From: an uncultured Candidatus Saccharibacteria bacterium
GTDB lineage: Bacteria > Patescibacteriota > Minisyncoccia > Phycocordibacterales > UBA12088
Direction: 5' to 3'
DNA: 64,000 nt
NCBI GenBank assembly: GCA_964635195.1
Contig: CAZWNC010000002.1
Location: forward strand, 3,444 to 67,443
The stretch's first letter is position 1. Each line of letters begins with the position of its first letter. The notes beneath the pieces were generated by a model. The model did no database searches. It saw only the letters and a program-made list of their open reading frames with translations, and was not told where the DNA came from. A program made the translations under genes and the position numbers. Positions 32,201 to 38,200 of this stretch are shown here, piece after piece.

Positions 32201-35200
32201 GAGTCCGGTATGAGTGCCCACGCACCGGTCGCTTCCGTATAGTATTCGAGATGATACTTGATATCGCCGGCATTTTCAGCATCAGCCCAATCGAGTGTTC
32301 CCCATGCATTACCGGTCGTCCGCCAATCAAAGTCGATCATGGGACTCGTGCTGGTGCCCTCGGTCAAGGGTGGCGTGAGCACGATATCGTTCGTCGACGT
32401 CGCCTCGGTCGATTCGAGATCGTCCTGCTCAAATTGCTCAAAGGTGGTCTGGTGCCAGGTAGAAATAGTGATAGACGAGCTCGCGGTAAAGCTCCACGGG
32501 AGAGACCATTCACCCCACTCACCACTGCCGTTGGTATCCTTTGCTCGCACACGCCACCAGTAGGTACCGTCCGCAAGCGACGTCGTGGGGACAAAACGCA
32601 CGGTTTCCCCGCTATTAAACGGCGCGAGGTCGTTGGTTGATATGATATTTTTAAACTCACTGTTATCGTTTTCACTCGTACTCTCTATCTCCTGCGATCC
32701 AAACGTATAGTCATCGTCAACCTCGATTTGATAATCAAGTACGTCCCCCTTGCCGTCTTCCGCCACAAAAGTAAACCAGGGGGAGGACGAAGCAAGCGCT
32801 TCGTAGGTAAAGGGTGTCGCGAGTGTCGGTGCAACGGGTGGTGCATTGGTAACAAGTTGCGGGTACCGATCGTAGTCGTTCAGTGTCGTACCGTCAGCAT
32901 TGACGAGGCGGAAACAGTAGTTGGTGCTGGAGGTTGCGTTGTGTTGGAGCACAAAATCAAGCTCGGCCTCTTCACCATCAGCAATCGCGCTTGTGTTCGT
33001 CGCGGTATTATTCTCTTCCTCGTACGACAAAAGCACATCAGTGGTCGAGAGGGTGGTGGTCGAGAGGGTGGTGCCATCTGCAGGCGCGTTGTTATACCCC
33101 CGCCAAGGCTCACTACTCCCTATCGCACCAACCTGTTGCCAGGAAAGTGACGCCGAACACTGCGCACCCTCCGCCCACTGCAGTGACCACATCGCAGTAG
33201 TGGCGGCAAGCGTTACGTTGGTGTCCTCAATCGCTAGACGAAGCCGCAACACCTCGCCACTGCTCGGAGCATGACTTGCACCTATTGCTTCATCCTCGAT
33301 CAGATTGTACGCACCGGATGGGTACGCATCGGTCGGCGTGATACCGCTGGTATTTGCAAACCACTTGTAATGCGTCTGCGTGAGGTACGGCTGCCGCTCC
33401 CATGATATTGTCCAATCGTCCAACGTCGGTGACTCGTTTGTATTTGACGTGAGTGTCGCTTTGAGACAGAGTCGATTGTAATCAGTGGTGGTTGCGATTC
33501 CGGAAAGATCCAGTGGGGACGAGGTTGCCGCAAAACCATCTTCATTACCGGGAAGCACGCCGTTCGGTACCACCGCGGTACAGGTGGATGATGCGGCGGC
33601 AGCCCACAGTACCTGCACCTCAACGCTCGTATTACTTGGCTCGGTTGCACTCCACAGCGCTTCACCCCATGACGACTGTCCAACGACGAGGTCGAAATCA
33701 ACGATCGGAGACACGATATTTCCTACTGACGCTTGGTACCGTTGCGGTGCGAGTGCGATCGGCTCCGCATAGGGTGATGTATCATCCGGCATCGAGGTTT
33801 CAAGTGTCTCACGCGAAGACCACCCGCTCCCGTTCCAATAGGAGAAGTCGAAGCGATCATTCGTATCATCCCGAAAAACCGCAAGGATTTTGCCGTCACC
33901 GGTCCGCACTGAACCGGCAGTCCACGAGTCCTCAATCGTCGTGATGCTTTGCTCGGTAGCAGCAAAACTTGAGCCCGTCCACACACGATAGCGTGCGTTC
34001 GTTTCATCACTGTACGGTATCATCAGGTAGCCATCACGGCCGGTCGTCGTTTCGTACTGGCAAGAAATCGGTCGTGCATGATAGGTCGCACTTCCTTTTC
34101 CATCGTTGTCGACCTGTGTCGTACCCGCCACATACGTATCCCATGCATTTGTCGCACCGTTCCAATACGCAATCTGCACCTGCGCATCTTCGTCGATATA
34201 ACACAGTCCAAGGTTGTTGGTACCATCATCCGCCACTAGCTCACCCCACTCGAAGTCGTCCTGAGTATTGCGACTGGTATACGCAGTCCACGTTTCCGCC
34301 GCACTGTTCCACACTGCACCCACAATACCGGGTGTTTGCCCACCGCCGTTTCCAAGGGCAACGACGGCTTCTTCACCCGATTCTTCCCACTCAACTGCCA
34401 TACGCTCGAACATCTCCTCACCAAGTGTATTGGCACCACCCGTGTACGAAGTAATGTTCCACTTCGTTGTTTCATCCCTATAGACTTGCACCTCGAAATC
34501 AGATGTCGTGTTCGCGGAATCCGCCTGTGCCACCATTACGATTTCGTCAGAACTCGGGCTTGCCGCAAGCTTGATCCAGCTGCAGGGTGCGTTGAACTGC
34601 AAATCGATGGTCGAAGTGGCCGACCAATTGGTGCCGTTCCACACCGAGTAACTTGCCTCATAGTTGGTACCGGAATTGTAACAAAAGACCGCAACCGCGT
34701 TGCCGGACAACGATTGATACGCGATATCGAAACCGCGACGATCGATACTCGTCTGATTCGGATTAAGCTCGGTTGCAGTACTCCATGTTCCCGCTGTGCC
34801 ATTGTACACCTGTACATTGACATCACTGTTCACATCCTGTGTCCCCAGCACATACTCATTGCGAGTAGGCGATGACTCGAGCACCGTCCAGCTGATCCGC
34901 CCACCCACGTCCTGCGCAGAGCCCTCGCTCGACCACGCAGTCCCGCTCCATGTGCGATACCGTGGCGTGGTACCCGCGCCCTCGCCGTACGCGACCATTG
35001 CACCGACAGGCGGTGTGGTTGCGATACGCACCTTGTTTTCGCCGTAGGTTTCAGTACTTATAAGTGTCCCATCGTCAAACTGCGCATCTTCGCTCTGATA
35101 CCACGCCTTCGGGTCGGTACCGGAGACGTACGTAAAGCTCTGCACCGCTGACCACTCACCAAAACTGTTTGAACCGCTCGTATCCTTGGCACGTACCCGC

Positions 35201-38200
35201 CAATAGTAGGTGGTGCCGGTCGTAAGAGCAGTTTGTACCGAGAAACGAATGCGATTACCTTCGGTAAAGGGTGAGGTATCCCCACCGGACGTCACATTGG
35301 TAAAGCAATTTGGCGAGCACCCCGTTTCGTTATCTGATGTGCGATCGGCAAGTGGCGAGGTGTCGAGATCTGCGTCATCATCATACTGTACCTGGTAGAC
35401 CAAGTCGGACGTGCCATCCAGATCGGTCGCGCTAAAATCGAGGTACGGGGTCGATGAACCGGTCTTCTCATTATTGAATGGCACATCATACATAGTCGGC
35501 ATTTCCGGCGAGAGGTTGAACGCCTTCCAGTACCCCAACAACCGATACTCATCAGCGGTCGTCGACTCCGCGTAGTATTCGATGGTGGCACTTGCGGTGT
35601 TGTCCGCCTGCACATGCATGCGTCCCATATTGAAGCCGGTCCCCGCACCGTCCGAGTATGCAAAATCGAGCGTGCGTCCCACCGCCGAACCGTTCGCATG
35701 CACACCGAGCACGTTCGACCCACTGGTGTTTGTGGAGTACGCAAGCAACACTTCGGCGATATTGTTCTTGTACGCGCCGTACCCGTCGAGTGCGCGATCC
35801 TGCCATACCGTCGCCGAGGTCGGTCCCGTGAAATCATCCAACCGCTCCTGATAGGTCAACTCGTCCGGCAACGTGGACCAGTACCCAAGCAAGTAGTAAT
35901 CGACCGAAGCGGCAGCCGCACCCTCGACCTGCGCATACCCCTGTATGGTAGCGTTCGACGTCGAGGCAAGTACGTTCATGGTGATGAAGTTGGCACCACC
36001 GTTTGCGCTCTGGTGTATTTTAACCAAGCGACTGAGCGTTGGTGCGGAGCTGTACCAACGCACACCCGCGTCATAGTCGGTACCTGCGGCAAAATTGGCG
36101 AGTGCCATTTCAACCACGTCTGCATCACCCACTCCGTATCCGGAAAGGTTGATGTTATTCCATGTCGCATCATTCGTGGTACCCAGATTTGGGTCGATGT
36201 TTACTAATCGCTCCACATAGGTACCACTCGTCCAATACCCAAGGATGGTGAAGGTTACTTCCGCCGCCACATCAGAGTACACCTGAATGGAAGAAGTCGC
36301 CGACGCCTGCACGTGCATCGTAACGGTTGACAAGCCGCCGGTCACGCCGGATTCATGGAGCAAAAGGTACCGGTTCAGTGTTGAGGTGGCGGTCGAGCGC
36401 ACACCACCATACCGTTCACGGTTGTTACGACTGTTGGTAATGGCGACTTCAACAATCGCATTAGCCGGTACTCCATAGCCTGCGAGGCTTACCGTTCCCC
36501 ATGTGTCATCACTGGCTGCACTGAATGTCTGGTACATCTCGGTATAGACCGCGAGTGCGTCCGACGCAAGCTTCCACTGGCGCGCCTCGACAAATGGCAA
36601 TCCACTGCCCGAACGTACTTCCGCAGGACCGAGGAGGTAGAGATACGGGGAAACATCCGGTGCGTCGTACTCGTAGGAAAAGGTCTGTGTCTCACCGGCT
36701 GTAAGGTCGACGGTCCAGGTAAGGCGTTTTGCGCCGCCCCACACACTCGTCTCTGCGCCACCTGCGTGCACCAGCACAAAATTTTCCGGTACCGCCTCAA
36801 CGAATTGTCCCGTGAAGTCGCTCGTCGCAGTAAGCTCTAGCTCCATCACGTACGATGCCTTGGGCCAGATACGTGTCGCACCACTGCGACGAATGGTGAA
36901 CGGCACCGACTCACGTACTTCAAACGCGTCACTCACCCGGTGCACCACCTCTCCATTTAGGTTTACGTGCGTCAATTGCAAAGTGTATGTCCCCACCGTA
37001 CGCGGGCGGTACCACGCAAGGTAATCGGGGTCATCGGTGACATTGTTTGCTCCACACGTACCCTGTGGTTCCACCCCCACTTCCTCGGCGTTACCCTCAG
37101 GATCCGTCACGGTCAGATGCAGTTCTGCGTTACAGATCGTATCACCCTTGTCGTCGAGGGCCGCCATATGAAATTCAATGGAATCGTCGGGCAGATAGAT
37201 GGATTGTGGCGTATTGATCGCAAGTACCCCCCAGTAGAAATCAAACGAATCGGTAAAAACGGTGCCGAGCTCATCGACACTGATCTCGAGGGTATAGAGA
37301 CCCGGTTGAATAGCTCGCGGCATCTCGGTCATACGTATCGTCCACTGCCCCTCGGTGCCATAGATGACCTCGAACCGCGCATCCTCAACGCGTACTCCGC
37401 CATGCAGGAGGTGTACCTCACCAACCTGCGCCAAGCGCTCACGGAATAGCCCCCGGAAGAAACGATTCACGACACCCTTTTGCGCACGGTACTGCAACGC
37501 AAACTCCGGTCGATCACCAAGCTCAAAATCGCGAAGCGCTTCGCGAAATGCGTGGAAGCGGGGGTCACGTAACTCTCGCATATACGCAATCCCTTGGAAG
37601 AGGTCCGGTCGAGCAAGTGGTTCATACACCGACACCGCGGGTATCGGAAGTTCCTCCAATACACCAAACACAAAGGTAGATGACGCGAGACGATATCGTT
37701 CAAACAATGTGGACACGCGTCCGTCCGCCAAGCGTGTTTCGGTCGTGTGCATATCTTCGGGGAGTACAAATGAAAGCGTGCGGACTCCCGCGGCATACTC
37801 ACTCAAAGCGGGGGTAAGTGAGATAGGTCCGCGCGCAGAGAGTCGCTCAGCGGCATGTGGTATGAATACGTCACGTGACGCACCAAAGGAAAGTGGTGAC
37901 ACGTCAGCATCATCGGAAAGCGTGACACTATTTTCGTCTCGTTCACTCACCACGGACACGACCGCACCTTCCTCCGGCTCCGCAAGACCCAAATACTCGA
38001 TGGGCGAAGCAGTCAACGCAGGCGCATGAAGCCGTGCAGCCTCGTCGACCTGCTCGTTACCAAAGTAAGCGTACAGCGATGTTGTACCGCGCGATCCGCC
38101 ATCAGATAGTTCGACGGCATACTGCGCTTCCTGATCGACGTACGTATACCTGAACTCTTTGACCGGAATCTCCGTTCGTGTACCTGCGTCAAAAAAACGT

